In this document: piece after piece, positions 30,760-41,628 of the stretch
Layout of the letters: each line of letters begins with the position of its first letter
How positions within the stretch are numbered: position 1 is the stretch's first letter
Assembly (NCBI GenBank): GCA_963758495.1
Contig: CAVWVI010000003.1
Span: 1,056,001 to 1,120,000 of the forward strand
From: Oligoflexia bacterium
GTDB lineage: Bacteria > Bdellovibrionota > UBA1018
Direction of reading: 5' to 3'
DNA length: 64,000 nucleotides
The notes under the pieces: model-generated
Told to the model about the DNA's origin: nothing
The model's input: the letters and a program-made list of their open reading frames with translations, nothing else
The model's database searches: none
Program-made: the position numbers and the translations under genes

Positions 30760-33700
30760 ATGGAATTGAAAAATATCACACGTAGACCGGCCTTTTGGAT
30801 AACCCAGCTTTTTATTTGCATGATCTGCACTTATTTAGCTGTTCACTTTTATCCAAAAGCATTTCCCATGGTTAATCTTGATATCAAAATGGACCGTCAG
30901 AGTGCGCTTAAACGAGCGAACGAAATCGCTATCCGCAATCACTGGGAGCCGGCGAAATTTCGACAGGCCATCAGTTTCGATGTAGATGAAGAAGCTCAGA
31001 ATTTTATTGAACTAACTGAAGGCGGAAACGCCGCCTTTTCCCGAGTGCTCAAATCAGGTCTATATTCTTTCTATACCTGGCGAGTGAGACACTTTGCCGA
31101 GAATAGGACCGGTGAAACAGAAATTCAATTCACACCTCGCGGACAGTTTTATGGATTTGACGAAAAATTACCTGAAACCTTACCCGGCCCGGCATTATCA
31201 ATTACACAAGCACTGTCGATTGCTGAAGCTTCTGCAATCCAAGACTGGGGCGTCCCTCTTAAGGAATTTAAATTAGTAGAAAAATCTCACGAAATCAGAT
31301 CTAGCCATCGCGTCGATCATACCTTTATTTATGAGCGCCCGAATGATCAACTAGGTGAAGGACGATATCGCTTGAAATTAGTCGTGAGTGGAAATCGGCT
31401 TACTACAATAGAAAACTTTATCAAAATTCCTGAAACTTTTTCACGCCGTTATGCGGAAATGCGATCTGCCAATAATACAATTAGCTCAGTCGCGAGCATA
31501 GCAATGGCCATTTTTTACCTCTTGGGTGGCTGCGGAATGGGATTGTTTTTTCTCGCTCGTAAGCGTTGGGTCATCTGGAAAACTCCGATGCTCTGTGCAT
31601 TCATTGTAGCGGCATTTCAACTCTTCGAGCAAATCAATCAGCTTCCCTTAGCCTGGATGAATTATGATACAGCACTTTCGTCGACTGGCTTCTTATTGCA
31701 GAAGGCCGCAAGTGGGTTAGTCCTCTTTCTCTCCGAGTTCATCTTACTCACGATTTCTTTTATGGCTGCAGAAAGCTTATCCCGACGTGCCTTTCCACAA
31801 CATCCCCAACTTTGGCGAATCTGGGCCGTGAAAAATGCAAGTTCATACTCAATATTGGGTCGAACTTTAGGCGGTTATCTCAGTGTCGGATTCTTCTTCG
31901 CCTTTGTGGTTATTATTTATATTTTTGGTGGAAAATATCTCGGATGGTGGAGCCCTTCAGACATTCTTTTTCATCCTGATAGTTTAGCGACCTATTGGCC
32001 TTGGTTTACTTCCATTTCAAACTCACTTCACGCTGGATTCTGGGAAGAATCCCTCTTTAGAGCCGTACCCCTTGCCAGTGCTGCTCTGATTGGAGAGAAG
32101 TTTGGAAATCGCAAAAAATGGATTGGCCTTGGATTTGTGCTTCAAGTGCTCATCTTTGCCGCAGCTCATGCGAACTATCCTGCTCAACCTTCTTATGCTC
32201 GTGTAGTCGAGTTGATTATTCCATCCTGCATGTTTGGTGGGATCTACTTACTTTTTGGGCTACTACCTGGGATTATCTTACATTTCACTTTTGACGCCAT
32301 CTCCTTTGCCATGCCGCTTTTTGCTGCCTCGACCCGCGGTATCTGGTGGGACCGAGCTTTCGTCATCCTAGTCTCCCTGACTCCTCTTTGGATGATCTTA
32401 ATCGCTCGACTGCGAACGGGTCGCTGGAGCGAACTCAAACCTTTAGAATATAATGGTGGATGGAAACCTAAAAAAGCGCGTTCGGACTCAGCAGTGGATC
32501 ACAAGCAAAAGGCCTTATCTCCTCTCAATCCATGGGTAACTACTACATTTTCCGTCATGAGCTTTATTTGCCTCATGGGTTGGATATTTGGCTTTAACTT
32601 TAAAAATAATGCGCTCCCTCTGGATGTGAATCGGGATCAAGCAATCACCCTTTCCCGCAAAGCTCTAGAAGAGTCGGGAGTTCATTTAACGTCAGACTGG
32701 AAAGCCCTTGCTACAACCTTATCGGGAATTGGAAGTGAAGAAAGCTTTATCTGGAAAACAGAAGGACCCGAACGTTATCAAAAGCTCATGGGCAATTACT
32801 TACCACCTCCACTCTGGATGGTTCGTTTCGTTCGTTTTAACACCAGCGTTGAAGAACGCGCCGAAGAGTATCGTGTTTACATCGCAAAAAAAGGAGAACT
32901 CTTTCGAATTCAGCATGAGCTGCCAGAGGCAAGAAAGGGAGTATCGCTTGAACAAGAGCCGGTTCGCGAAACTGCACTCACCGCAATTGCAAAAATCTAT
33001 GGGCTCAATTCGAAGGCCTTAGTCGAAGTTTCAAGCATCGCATCAAAACTTCCCGCCCGAACAGATTGGCTTTTCGTTTTTTCCGATCCCTCCATTCACT
33101 TGAAGAGCGGGGATGCAAGAATAGGCGTCAGAATCGCAGGAGATCAGCCTATTTCTTCCAAACGCTTTATTTTTATTCCGGAAGAATGGTCTCGAAATGA
33201 ACGAAATCGCGAAAACATGCTGAATCTTGTCAAACTATTTTCATCCATCACTCTTGGAATCATCTTCTTATTGGGTATGATTTCCGCCTTATTGAGTTGG
33301 ACAAAGAAAAATCTGAAATCAGAAGTCTTTTTTATTACTTTTGGTATTATTTTGTTTATACAGACTGTTAATTTACTCAATGGAATCCCGTCAAGTTTCG
33401 CACAACTCTCTACGGATCAACCCCTATTTAATCAGATATTGACTTGGGTCGGCTTTAGTCTAGTGAGAATTCTACTCCTCTCGAGTAGTTTCGCGCTCCT
33501 CTTGAGCTATGTTTACCAACAGTCTCAATTTTCTACAAAAGCTCAAGACTCATCTAGTTTAACTCAGGAATTGATTCAAGGATTTTCAATCGGAATACTT
33601 GGGGTCACCCTATTTGGCCTGACCTCACAGATCTTTTCATCTCAATTACCCAGCATTGGAAAAATAAGTGCATTGGATGAATACTTTCCAATTTTATCAG

Positions 33701-34137
33701 GATTCCATTCCCTAGGAAAATGGCTTTTATTTACACTCATTTTTTCAATTGTAGGTCTAGTGTCCGAGCGATTACGGGTATCTAGGAACCATGGTCATAT
33801 TTTCAGCTTTTTCTTTTTATTCTTTTTTGGCTTTGTTCTAAGTGGAATTGAAATACAAAATATTTCCACTTGGGCACTCCAGGGACTCATTATGGGTTTT
33901 TACTTCTGGTTGATTTATCGATATTTTATTCGATCCCAATTTAGACTGATTCCACTAGCAGTATGCAGTGGACTGATGCTCTTAGAATGGAAACAAATCA
34001 AAATGCAGCCCTACTCGGGTGTCACTCTTCATAGTCTGACTTCTATTTTGCTGATAGGCATTGCATCCTACTCCTGGTACAAGTATGTTTCCGAAAATCA
34101 TGGAGAAGCACGATGGCGAATTTTGAAGAAGTCTTGA
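30760..34137 (+). CDS. Large CPBP/CAAX-family intramembrane metalloprotease with two extracytoplasmic domains
   Basis: WEESLFR (EExxxR), FAAAH (FxxxH), HFTFD (HxxxD); many TM helices. Confidence 0.85.
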   Translation: MELKNITRRPAFWITQLFICMICTYLAVHFYPKAFPMVNLDIKMDRQSALKRANEIAIRNHWEPAKFRQAISFDVDEEAQNFIELTEGGNAAFSRVLKSGLYSFYTWRVRHFAENRTGETEIQFTPRGQFYGFDEKLPETLPGPALSITQALSIAEASAIQDWGVPLKEFKLVEKSHEIRSSHRVDHTFIYERPNDQLGEGRYRLKLVVSGNRLTTIENFIKIPETFSRRYAEMRSANNTISSVASIAMAIFYLLGGCGMGLFFLARKRWVIWKTPMLCAFIVAAFQLFEQINQLPLAWMNYDTALSSTGFLLQKAASGLVLFLSEFILLTISFMAAESLSRRAFPQHPQLWRIWAVKNASSYSILGRTLGGYLSVGFFFAFVVIIYIFGGKYLGWWSPSDILFHPDSLATYWPWFTSISNSLHAGFWEESLFRAVPLASAALIGEKFGNRKKWIGLGFVLQVLIFAAAHANYPAQPSYARVVELIIPSCMFGGIYLLFGLLPGIILHFTFDAISFAMPLFAASTRGIWWDRAFVILVSLTPLWMILIARLRTGRWSELKPLEYNGGWKPKKARSDSAVDHKQKALSPLNPWVTTTFSVMSFICLMGWIFGFNFKNNALPLDVNRDQAITLSRKALEESGVHLTSDWKALATTLSGIGSEESFIWKTEGPERYQKLMGNYLPPPLWMVRFVRFNTSVEERAEEYRVYIAKKGELFRIQHELPEARKGVSLEQEPVRETALTAIAKIYGLNSKALVEVSSIASKLPARTDWLFVFSDPSIHLKSGDARIGVRIAGDQPISSKRFIFIPEEWSRNERNRENMLNLVKLFSSITLGIIFLLGMISALLSWTKKNLKSEVFFITFGIILFIQTVNLLNGIPSSFAQLSTDQPLFNQILTWVGFSLVRILLLSSSFALLLSYVYQQSQFSTKAQDSSSLTQELIQGFSIGILGVTLFGLTSQIFSSQLPSIGKISALDEYFPILSGFHSLGKWLLFTLIFSIVGLVSERLRVSRNHGHIFSFFFLFFFGFVLSGIEIQNISTWALQGLIMGFYFWLIYRYFIRSQFRLIPLAVCSGLMLLEWKQIKMQPYSGVTLHSLTSILLIGIASYSWYKYVSENHGEARWRILKKS

Positions 34138-34700
34138 GCCATTTAGACAATCGAATCGATTTACATGCTCGATTTATTAATACAATGAGCTTATTGGAAT
34201 ACATTGGTGCTCGAAAAATCGTAAAAAGCCAAGTAGATCGCTCAATCACTTCAGAGCTTCTTTCACATATTTCGGAAGAACTCCGCCATGCACAAATTCT
34301 AAAACAACTGGCTCTCAAGCTCAGTGATCAATCTCTAGATACTTATGGGGAAGACCATTTGATTGCAGGTTCAGAAGGTAGAGCCTACATTCAAACGGTT
34401 GATCGTGCCGTTGAGAAAGCGTTACCTAAAAAAGATGAATGGGGAAATTACCTAATTACAACCTTACTCATCGAAGAAAGAGCGGCAAAAGTATACCCGT
34501 TTTACGATCTTTATTTAAATAAATTTGGAGTGTCTGGACGGCTGTCAAGCATCGTTCGTGACGAAGATAAACATCTTCAAGCCGTTGTAAATCATCTTAA
34601 GAAATCATACCCTGGCATTGAACAGCTACTCGAACAGCTCCGACAGATCGAAACTGAATCTTTTAATCAGTTTATGGGTGCTGTACTCAGCGCGTGTTAA
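34113..34700 (+). CDS. Ferritin-like di-iron protein
   Basis: E...EELRH...EER...DEDKH pattern of two ExxH motifs; overlaps the upstream gene by 25 nt. Confidence 0.7.
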   Translation: MANFEEVLSHLDNRIDLHARFINTMSLLEYIGARKIVKSQVDRSITSELLSHISEELRHAQILKQLALKLSDQSLDTYGEDHLIAGSEGRAYIQTVDRAVEKALPKKDEWGNYLITTLLIEERAAKVYPFYDLYLNKFGVSGRLSSIVRDEDKHLQAVVNHLKKSYPGIEQLLEQLRQIETESFNQFMGAVLSAC

Positions 34701-35268
34701 AACTGTCTGCAATTGAAGTACGGCAAACTCGACTTGCGGCAAACAGAGTTGCAGCTACCACTATACAAACCACCCAGACAAATGCAGCCAAGCCCATCAC
34801 AGGTTCAAATTCAAGCATAACATAAAACTGAGGAGAGGACTCACGTACAAGCGGCATTAAAATTCCGTCTCTAAAAAATATTTTAGATAGAGAAAAAGCC
34901 ACAAGAATTCCAGAAAGACTCCCCAAGCATCCTAAAGCCAGTCCTTCATACATCAACAGCGCCACAATCCCCGCTACAGACTCACCATTAGCTCGGAGAT
35001 TTCCAATTTCCCGCTTTCGTTCCATCACAGTTCTTAAAACCGCATTGAAAACTACAAGAAAAACAATCGCGAATAGCGCCATTTGGATGAGCAAGATCTG
35101 AGACCTCAACCCATCCGAAATCCGGTTTTCTCGATATTGATTGATCACTCCCTGTTCCATACCGCTTAAGATAAATAAAGATCCGCATCCCATTGCAATG
35201 ATGAGTAACATTCCAATAGTTCTATGAATATCATGTCGGAGCCTTCGAAGAGCCAAATTAAAAAGCAT
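34687..35268 (-). CDS. FtsX/LolE-like ABC permease lacking most of the periplasmic domain
   Basis: ALRRLR...TM1, then VMERKREIGNLRANG and further TM helices; RBS AGGAG before ATG 35268. Confidence 0.8.
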   Translation of the reverse strand: MLFNLALRRLRHDIHRTIGMLLIIAMGCGSLFILSGMEQGVINQYRENRISDGLRSQILLIQMALFAIVFLVVFNAVLRTVMERKREIGNLRANGESVAGIVALLMYEGLALGCLGSLSGILVAFSLSKIFFRDGILMPLVRESSPQFYVMLEFEPVMGLAAFVWVVCIVVAATLFAASRVCRTSIADSFNTR

Positions 35269-35278
35269 GATCCCACTC

Positions 35279-35953
35279 CTATGAAGAAAGCACCCCGCCA
35301 CACAAATAATTTTTTTTAGAACACAAACTGAGAACCATTGGATCGTGGCTTCCAAGAATAAAAGTCATTCCGGATTTTCGATTCAGTTCTTTAAAAAGTT
35401 TCATGATTTCAAAGCCCATATTTTGATCTAGGCTTGCAGTTGGCTCGTCGGCCAGAATCACACTGGGTCTTTTTGCAATCGCTTGGGCAATCACCACCCT
35501 CTGCCTTTGACCACTGCTCATCTCCCATGATTTCCTCTTCCGATGTTCCCAGAGCCCAACCCAACTCAGAGCTTGTCGGACAAGATGAGATCGTTCACGA
35601 AATTTTAACCCTTGGCGAAAAAGAAAGTATTCCACATTTTCTTCGACTGTAAGGACGGACGATAAATGGAAATTTTGAAAAACAAAACCGAGCTTAAACT
35701 GCCTGATCCAGCTTTTATCACGTTCTCGCAAAGTTTTGAAATCACGTCCGGCAAAGAAAATATGCCCGAATTGAATCGGCTCGATCAGTCCTAAAAGATG
35801 AAGAAGAGTACTTTTTCCACTTCCAGAAGGACCATTCAAACAAAAGAAATCCCCTGACTCGACGCAAAAGGTCACTCCTCTCAGGGCTTTCACATTTTGC
35901 AGTCCTAGCTCATATTGAAATCGAAGATTCTCAACTTGGTAGAGCACGCTCAT
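35279..35953 (-). CDS. LolD/MacB-type ABC transporter ATP-binding protein
   Basis: GPSGSGKST, GFVFQNF, degenerate signature MSSGQRQR, ILADEPT. Confidence 0.9.
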   Translation of the reverse strand: MSVLYQVENLRFQYELGLQNVKALRGVTFCVESGDFFCLNGPSGSGKSTLLHLLGLIEPIQFGHIFFAGRDFKTLRERDKSWIRQFKLGFVFQNFHLSSVLTVEENVEYFLFRQGLKFRERSHLVRQALSWVGLWEHRKRKSWEMSSGQRQRVVIAQAIAKRPSVILADEPTASLDQNMGFEIMKLFKELNRKSGMTFILGSHDPMVLSLCSKKNYLCGGVLSS

Positions 35954-36051
35954 TTCACATCTTCCTCGGGCATCTTCCTCACGCCGGATGTTTGATTACC
36001 TATTTAATCTTCTGGGGTCAAAGCATATTCATCTGATGGGTTCAGTGACAA

Positions 36052-37326
36052 TTAAGCTACTGCGAGTATTAGCTTCAATTCATCTAGAGTCGGAGCAATT
36101 TCTTTAAAATGAGAAGGCCGCGAGAGAATCTCTTGAAGCGCAGGTGGAATTTCGACAGGGCGCCCAATGAGCGGCTCTACGATCGTATCAAATTTCGCTG
36201 GATGGGCTGTCGCAACAACGATCCAATTTCCAGAACCTAGTTTTTCTCGCTTAAAAACAGCTGTAGCAGTATGAGGACAAAATACTTGCCCCCAACGCTT
36301 CACGCCATTTCGAATGGTTTCAGAAATTTCTTTATCGCTCACCGACAAGGAATCTACGTCTCGGACTAAGTCTTTATGTTGTGGGTAAAGGTGAATGAGT
36401 CGTTCTATATTACTTGGATTCCCCACATCCATAGCATTAGCAAGGGTTGAAACAGTTGGATGAGGTTTCCAAACTCCAGTTTTCAAAAACTCAGAAATGG
36501 GTCGATTAGCATTTGTCGCTAACACTACTTTACCTATCGGAAATCCCATTTTTTTAGCCCATAAGGCCGCCATGGCATTACCTAGATTTCCCGTAGGTAC
36601 AATTACACCTGGAGCTATTCCTCGCTGCTGATAAAATTTCAAACTTGAATAAGCGTAATAAACACATTGAGGCAAAAGTCTTCCAATATTGATACTGTTG
36701 GCAGAGAAAAGTCCTTTTTCATTTTTCCATCGCTGATCAGCAAACCCTTCTTTAACCAACCTTTGACAATCATCAAAATCGCCTCGTACTGCTATGGCTT
36801 TGACATTCTGCCCCCAAGAGGTGAGTTGTTTTTCTTGTCGAGCAGATACTTTCCCTTTTGGATAAAGGATCACGACATCAAACGCTGGCTTTCCAAAGAA
36901 TGCCGCAGCAACCGCCCCCCCAGTATCTCCAGAAGTAGCCACTAAAACGGTGCGTCGATGCGAAGAAGGAAGCTTTGAAACAGCTCCAGCAAGAAATCTT
37001 GCGCCAAAATCTTTGAATGCAGCAGTGGGGCCATGAAAGAGTTCTAAGAGCGCAGTGTGATGATCCAGAAAATGAAGTGGAACCGGAAAATTAAATGCTT
37101 CTTCGCAAATTTCAGGGAGTCTTTCCTGTAATACGTCTTTCTCTAGCCAAGGTTTCATCAAGATTTGAGCCAACTCAGAAACTTTTAAAGTTGATTTGAA
37201 ATTGCTGCTTTCAAAAACAGGGATGGATTCAGGAATAAAAAGCCCACCATCTGAAGCCAACCCTTGATTCAGCGCTTCAGAAAATCGAACGGGCTCAACA
37301 TTCCCTCGAGTGCTAAAATACTTCAT
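36052..37326 (-). CDS. thrC: Threonine synthase
   Basis: LELFHGPTAAFKDFGARF, ATSGDTG, ANSINIGR, ATAHPAKF; start overlaps the thrB stop. Confidence 0.96.
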   Translation of the reverse strand: MKYFSTRGNVEPVRFSEALNQGLASDGGLFIPESIPVFESSNFKSTLKVSELAQILMKPWLEKDVLQERLPEICEEAFNFPVPLHFLDHHTALLELFHGPTAAFKDFGARFLAGAVSKLPSSHRRTVLVATSGDTGGAVAAAFFGKPAFDVVILYPKGKVSARQEKQLTSWGQNVKAIAVRGDFDDCQRLVKEGFADQRWKNEKGLFSANSINIGRLLPQCVYYAYSSLKFYQQRGIAPGVIVPTGNLGNAMAALWAKKMGFPIGKVVLATNANRPISEFLKTGVWKPHPTVSTLANAMDVGNPSNIERLIHLYPQHKDLVRDVDSLSVSDKEISETIRNGVKRWGQVFCPHTATAVFKREKLGSGNWIVVATAHPAKFDTIVEPLIGRPVEIPPALQEILSRPSHFKEIAPTLDELKLILAVA

Positions 37327-38267
37327 CAGATCAACCGCGCACCCTGCTGACTCACGGGAGAGATCCAACTATCGGCCTCAACATTTTCATTCTTTAAACT
37401 ACCCATCATGGCGTTCCTCACTTTTGCAGCTACCTCTGAATTCTTTGTCCACGCAAAAATCGATGGTCCTGATCCCGAGATTGAACAGCCGAGAGCACCC
37501 GCTTGAATTGCAGCTTTTTTGACAGAATGAAAACCTGGAATGAGTGCAGCTCTTTGAGGCTCAACGATGACATCCTGCAAAGATTTTGCAATCTGTTTTA
37601 AGTCCTTTTGAAAACACCCCGCTATAAATCCCGCCAAGTTTGCAGACTGGCGCACAAAGGCAGTCATTGGAATCTCAGGTTTAAGCACAGATCGAGAAAC
37701 CCTCGTATCTAATCGAATGTGTGGATGAACTAAAACGCAAATAATCTCGGCTGGAAACGGGATAGAGATCGTTGCGATAGGATCTATGGCGCTCACTAAA
37801 GTCAGACCACCATAAAGACAGGGTGCCACATTATCTGGATGCGCTGAACCACTCGCGACGTATTCACCCATTAATGCATACTTCAATAAAACATCTTTCG
37901 ACAATGACACGTCTAGCAACGCATTTGCCGCGACAAGTGCCCCTACTGATGAAGCCGCAGAGCCGCCCATTCCTGACCCAAGAGGAATTCCCTTTCTAAT
38001 TGAAACTCGGAAACCATGAGTGAGTTTTAAATCCTTGACCAGTTGCAGAAGCCCTACTGTCGCAGTATTTTGAGCAGGATCCTTGGGAAGAGCTGTTTCA
38101 ACTCCTTGGATTTCGGAAATGCTCACAGGGAGTTGACCTTGCTGAACTTCCACTCTCTCCACAGTAATCTGGTCTCCCACGCTCTCTATTGGAAAGCCGA
38201 GGATATCAAATCCCACCGCTACATTGGCAATCGTTGCAGGAGCAAATACGACAGCAGTCTTTCTCAT
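37326..38267 (-). CDS. thrB: Homoserine kinase
   Basis: APATIANVAVGFD, IPLGSGMGGSAAS, HPDNVAP, SISGSGPS. Confidence 0.96.
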   Translation of the reverse strand: MRKTAVVFAPATIANVAVGFDILGFPIESVGDQITVERVEVQQGQLPVSISEIQGVETALPKDPAQNTATVGLLQLVKDLKLTHGFRVSIRKGIPLGSGMGGSAASSVGALVAANALLDVSLSKDVLLKYALMGEYVASGSAHPDNVAPCLYGGLTLVSAIDPIATISIPFPAEIICVLVHPHIRLDTRVSRSVLKPEIPMTAFVRQSANLAGFIAGCFQKDLKQIAKSLQDVIVEPQRAALIPGFHSVKKAAIQAGALGCSISGSGPSIFAWTKNSEVAAKVRNAMMGSLKNENVEADSWISPVSQQGARLI

Positions 38268-40720
38268 GATGAGCCGCCCAAATAAGACATCAGCCTGAGT
38301 AAATCCGCAAATACCCCCGCTGCTGTCACCTCTGGCCCCGCTCCCGGTCCTTGGATGATCAAGGGCTGCTGGAAATACCGCTCCGTCTTGAAAGCCACAA
38401 TATTGTCTGTACCTGTGGTTCGAGCAAATACATGGTCTTTTGGATAAGACTTGAGCTTCACTTGAGCCTTACCCCAAGCCCGAGTATGACCCTGACCCTT
38501 ACCCTGAACCTCAATCATTCCCACATATCTAATGACTTCTCCCTTTTGGGTAGCAGCCAAGAGTAATTGTGACATGTAGTCATCCGAGTAAGAAACCAGA
38601 CTCTCCACCTCGATCTGATTCAGCTCTAACGAAAGCCCGATTTCTCTCGCTAATATGACTAGCTTTCTAGCTACATCTGTTCCCGACAAATCATCACGAG
38701 GATCGGGCTCAGTATATCCTTTTGCTTGAGCATCCTGAACAATTTTAGAAAATGGCGTCTGGGGATTAAAGTGATTAAATAAATAGGATAAAGTTCCAGA
38801 TAAGCTCCCCTCAATTTGAAAGATTTGATCTCCAGTCTGAATTAAGTCACGTAAAGTATTGATAATAGGCAGTCCTGCTCCAACGTTCGTTTCATAAAGA
38901 AAATGCCTATTTTTCAAACGAGAAACATCCCGTAATTTATTGTAGAACTCCATACTGCCAGCATTCGCCTTTTTATTTGGAGTTATAATATGAAGCCCAT
39001 TTTCCAACCAACTTACATATTGATCGGCAATCTTCGCACTCGACGTACAATCAATGATCACTGCATGGGGTAAATAATCTGCATAAACGTGATCTACAAA
39101 AGTGGCCAAATCCATTTTCGTAGAAGAGGCATTGAGTTGCTGCTTCCAAGTTTTCAAATCAATAGGATCATCCGATAAAATCATCTGAGTTGAATTCATA
39201 ATCCCACGAACTCTCAGATCAATTTTAAAATTTGATTTCAATCGTACCAGTTCATTTTGAAGCTGATTTAGAAAAGTTCCGCCGATACTTCCAGGTCCTA
39301 CTAAACCGATAGAAATCGTTTGATTTGATAGATAAAATGCAGAATGAACTGCTCTTAATGCGCGCCTCTGTTGAGTGCGGTCGATCACTGCGGAAATATT
39401 TCGCTCCGATGACCCTTGAGCAATCGCTTTAACACTGATCCCGGCTTTTCCTAGAGCACTAAAAAATTTTCCAGAAATGCCTGCATGATGCACCATATTA
39501 TCACCTACTGCAGAAAGAATACTGCAATCTTTGATAATGCTGATTGTTTGAATCAGTTTATGATGAATCTCTGCGAAAAATGCTGTTTCAACCGTTTTTT
39601 TAGCAAGATCGGAATCACTTTGTGAAACTGCAAAACAGATTGAATGCTCTGAACCCGCTTGCGAGATCATGACTACGGAGATACCCACTTCATGGAGTGC
39701 TCCGAAAAGACGCTTAGCAATTCCTGGCACTCCAAGCATTCCAGTACCTTCAAGGTTGATGAGTACCATTCCATCAATCGTAGCAAACCCCTTGATGGCC
39801 TGATGATTACTTTGATTCAAATCATGAATTTGTGTTCCTGGAAATGATGGATTGAAAGTATTTCGAATCCAAATTGGAATTTTACCATCTATTGCAGGCA
39901 TCATCGTACTAGGGTGAAGGACCTTCGCACCAAAATAGGCTAATTCAGTCGCCTCGCTATAAGACATTTCGTCAAGGACTACCGCTTCTGGAACTAGGCG
40001 AGGGTCAGCACTCATCACGCCATCAATATCAGTCCAAATCGTAATCATAGAAGCATTCAAGAGTGCGCCAAAAATCGAGCCCGAAAAATCACTCCCATTC
40101 CTACCTAACGTCGTAGGCACTCCATCGGCAGAAGATGCAACGTAACCTGTAATGATAAGAATTTGACTGTGATTTCTTTTTAACCACTCGTCCATTTTTT
40201 TTCGAGAGGTGTTCCAATCCACTGAAACCATCTTGTCTACCACATCCACGACAAGAACTTGTCTCGCATCCAACCAATCGGATTGAATATGATTAGACTT
40301 CAAATAGGCATTTAAAAACTGCGCAGACCAAAGCTCCCCATAACCCGAGATCATTTCCAGGGTACGGTGAGAGTAGCCACGTGTTAAAAAAATCCCTCGT
40401 AGGATCTCTTCAATTTCTCCACAATCGGCATCTATCTTACTTAAAAGAGGTGGCCAGTGCGTTTCTGGAAGAAGCTCTTGAATGGTCTGATGGTGTTTTA
40501 ATTTTATTTTTTTAAGCTGATCTAAATAAATATTATTTTGCTTTTTTGCGTTCTCGACCAACTCAATCAAACTATTAGTCACACCGCTCATCGCAGAGAC
40601 TACCACCGCTTTTAGTTCTCCGGGTTGATTATCGATAATTTTTGAAACGACTTTGTATTGGTGGGAATTTGCGACACTCGTTCCCCCGAACTTATGAACA
40701 GTCCAAGATTGATGGGTCAT
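38264..40720 (-). CDS. thrA: Bifunctional aspartate kinase/homoserine dehydrogenase I
   Basis: HKFGGTSV, TLGRNGSDFS, ACT domains, YETNVGAGLP, GPGAGPEVTAAGVFADLL. Confidence 0.96.
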   Translation of the reverse strand: MTHQSWTVHKFGGTSVANSHQYKVVSKIIDNQPGELKAVVVSAMSGVTNSLIELVENAKKQNNIYLDQLKKIKLKHHQTIQELLPETHWPPLLSKIDADCGEIEEILRGIFLTRGYSHRTLEMISGYGELWSAQFLNAYLKSNHIQSDWLDARQVLVVDVVDKMVSVDWNTSRKKMDEWLKRNHSQILIITGYVASSADGVPTTLGRNGSDFSGSIFGALLNASMITIWTDIDGVMSADPRLVPEAVVLDEMSYSEATELAYFGAKVLHPSTMMPAIDGKIPIWIRNTFNPSFPGTQIHDLNQSNHQAIKGFATIDGMVLINLEGTGMLGVPGIAKRLFGALHEVGISVVMISQAGSEHSICFAVSQSDSDLAKKTVETAFFAEIHHKLIQTISIIKDCSILSAVGDNMVHHAGISGKFFSALGKAGISVKAIAQGSSERNISAVIDRTQQRRALRAVHSAFYLSNQTISIGLVGPGSIGGTFLNQLQNELVRLKSNFKIDLRVRGIMNSTQMILSDDPIDLKTWKQQLNASSTKMDLATFVDHVYADYLPHAVIIDCTSSAKIADQYVSWLENGLHIITPNKKANAGSMEFYNKLRDVSRLKNRHFLYETNVGAGLPIINTLRDLIQTGDQIFQIEGSLSGTLSYLFNHFNPQTPFSKIVQDAQAKGYTEPDPRDDLSGTDVARKLVILAREIGLSLELNQIEVESLVSYSDDYMSQLLLAATQKGEVIRYVGMIEVQGKGQGHTRAWGKAQVKLKSYPKDHVFARTTGTDNIVAFKTERYFQQPLIIQGPGAGPEVTAAGVFADLLRLMSYLGGSS

Positions 40721-40776
40721 TCATTAAATAATACATTTCCTCCCGTCGAATGTCTATTTCTGTTAAGAATACGCGG

Positions 40777-41628
40777 ATGCATCCCAAACGCGATTTAGCC
40801 ATAGTTCTACGCTCTGTCCTTTATGAGGAGCGGCATAAAATCGTTACGGCTCTCACGCAAGAGCACGGCCAAATTACCGCTATGGCTAAAAACTCGGTTC
40901 AATCCAGACGCTTTGGTGGCACACTTGAGCCCTTTGCCGCAAGTGAGTGGGCATTTACATTGAAACCAGGCTCCGAACTCTATCATCTTACAGAAGCTCA
41001 AATCCGCGAACCATTTGAGGAAATACGTAAAGATTTCATAAAGTTTTGTCTAGCAAGCGCATTTAATGAACTCCTACTTAAACTCGCGCCTCAAAATGAA
41101 GTCTGTTTAGATCTCTTTCGACTTCACTCGAATGCCCTTTCCACCTTGAATGAAGCTCAAATAAATAACAGTGAGATTACTTTACTCAACGCCTACCTAG
41201 CAAAAGTACTTCAATGGAGCGGAAGTCAGCCCCGCCTTTATGCTTGTATCCAATGCAACGTCGCGTTGGAAGATGTTGATCCGAATCAAGAACTCACCTG
41301 CATTATTGCAAACGCGGGTTGGATTTGTTCTCAATGTCGTCATCAAGAAATTCGGCATATAAAAGAGAGAGATGCAAAAATTCTCCAACATTCTTTACTC
41401 AGGCTAAAGCCATTAGCCCTTCAAGACTTTCAGCTGAGTTTAAGATTACCTATCCGGCAGATCCTCTTACATGCACGGGCATCAAGCCAAGACCATAAAC
41501 AGTTATTTCAATTTATTGAAGCCCTGTATGTTTATCACTTGCCAGGATTCGATCAAAAACCCCTCAAAACACTCCGTTTTCTTGGCTTAGAATCCAGTGC
41601 ACAGCCTGCATTAATGACTCACCAATAA
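40777..41628 (+). CDS. recO: DNA repair protein RecO
   Basis: AIVLRS..YEERHKIVTALT..HG..SRRFGGTLEPF OB fold; CxxC...CxxC zinc finger. Confidence 0.88.
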   Translation: MHPKRDLAIVLRSVLYEERHKIVTALTQEHGQITAMAKNSVQSRRFGGTLEPFAASEWAFTLKPGSELYHLTEAQIREPFEEIRKDFIKFCLASAFNELLLKLAPQNEVCLDLFRLHSNALSTLNEAQINNSEITLLNAYLAKVLQWSGSQPRLYACIQCNVALEDVDPNQELTCIIANAGWICSQCRHQEIRHIKERDAKILQHSLLRLKPLALQDFQLSLRLPIRQILLHARASSQDHKQLFQFIEALYVYHLPGFDQKPLKTLRFLGLESSAQPALMTHQ

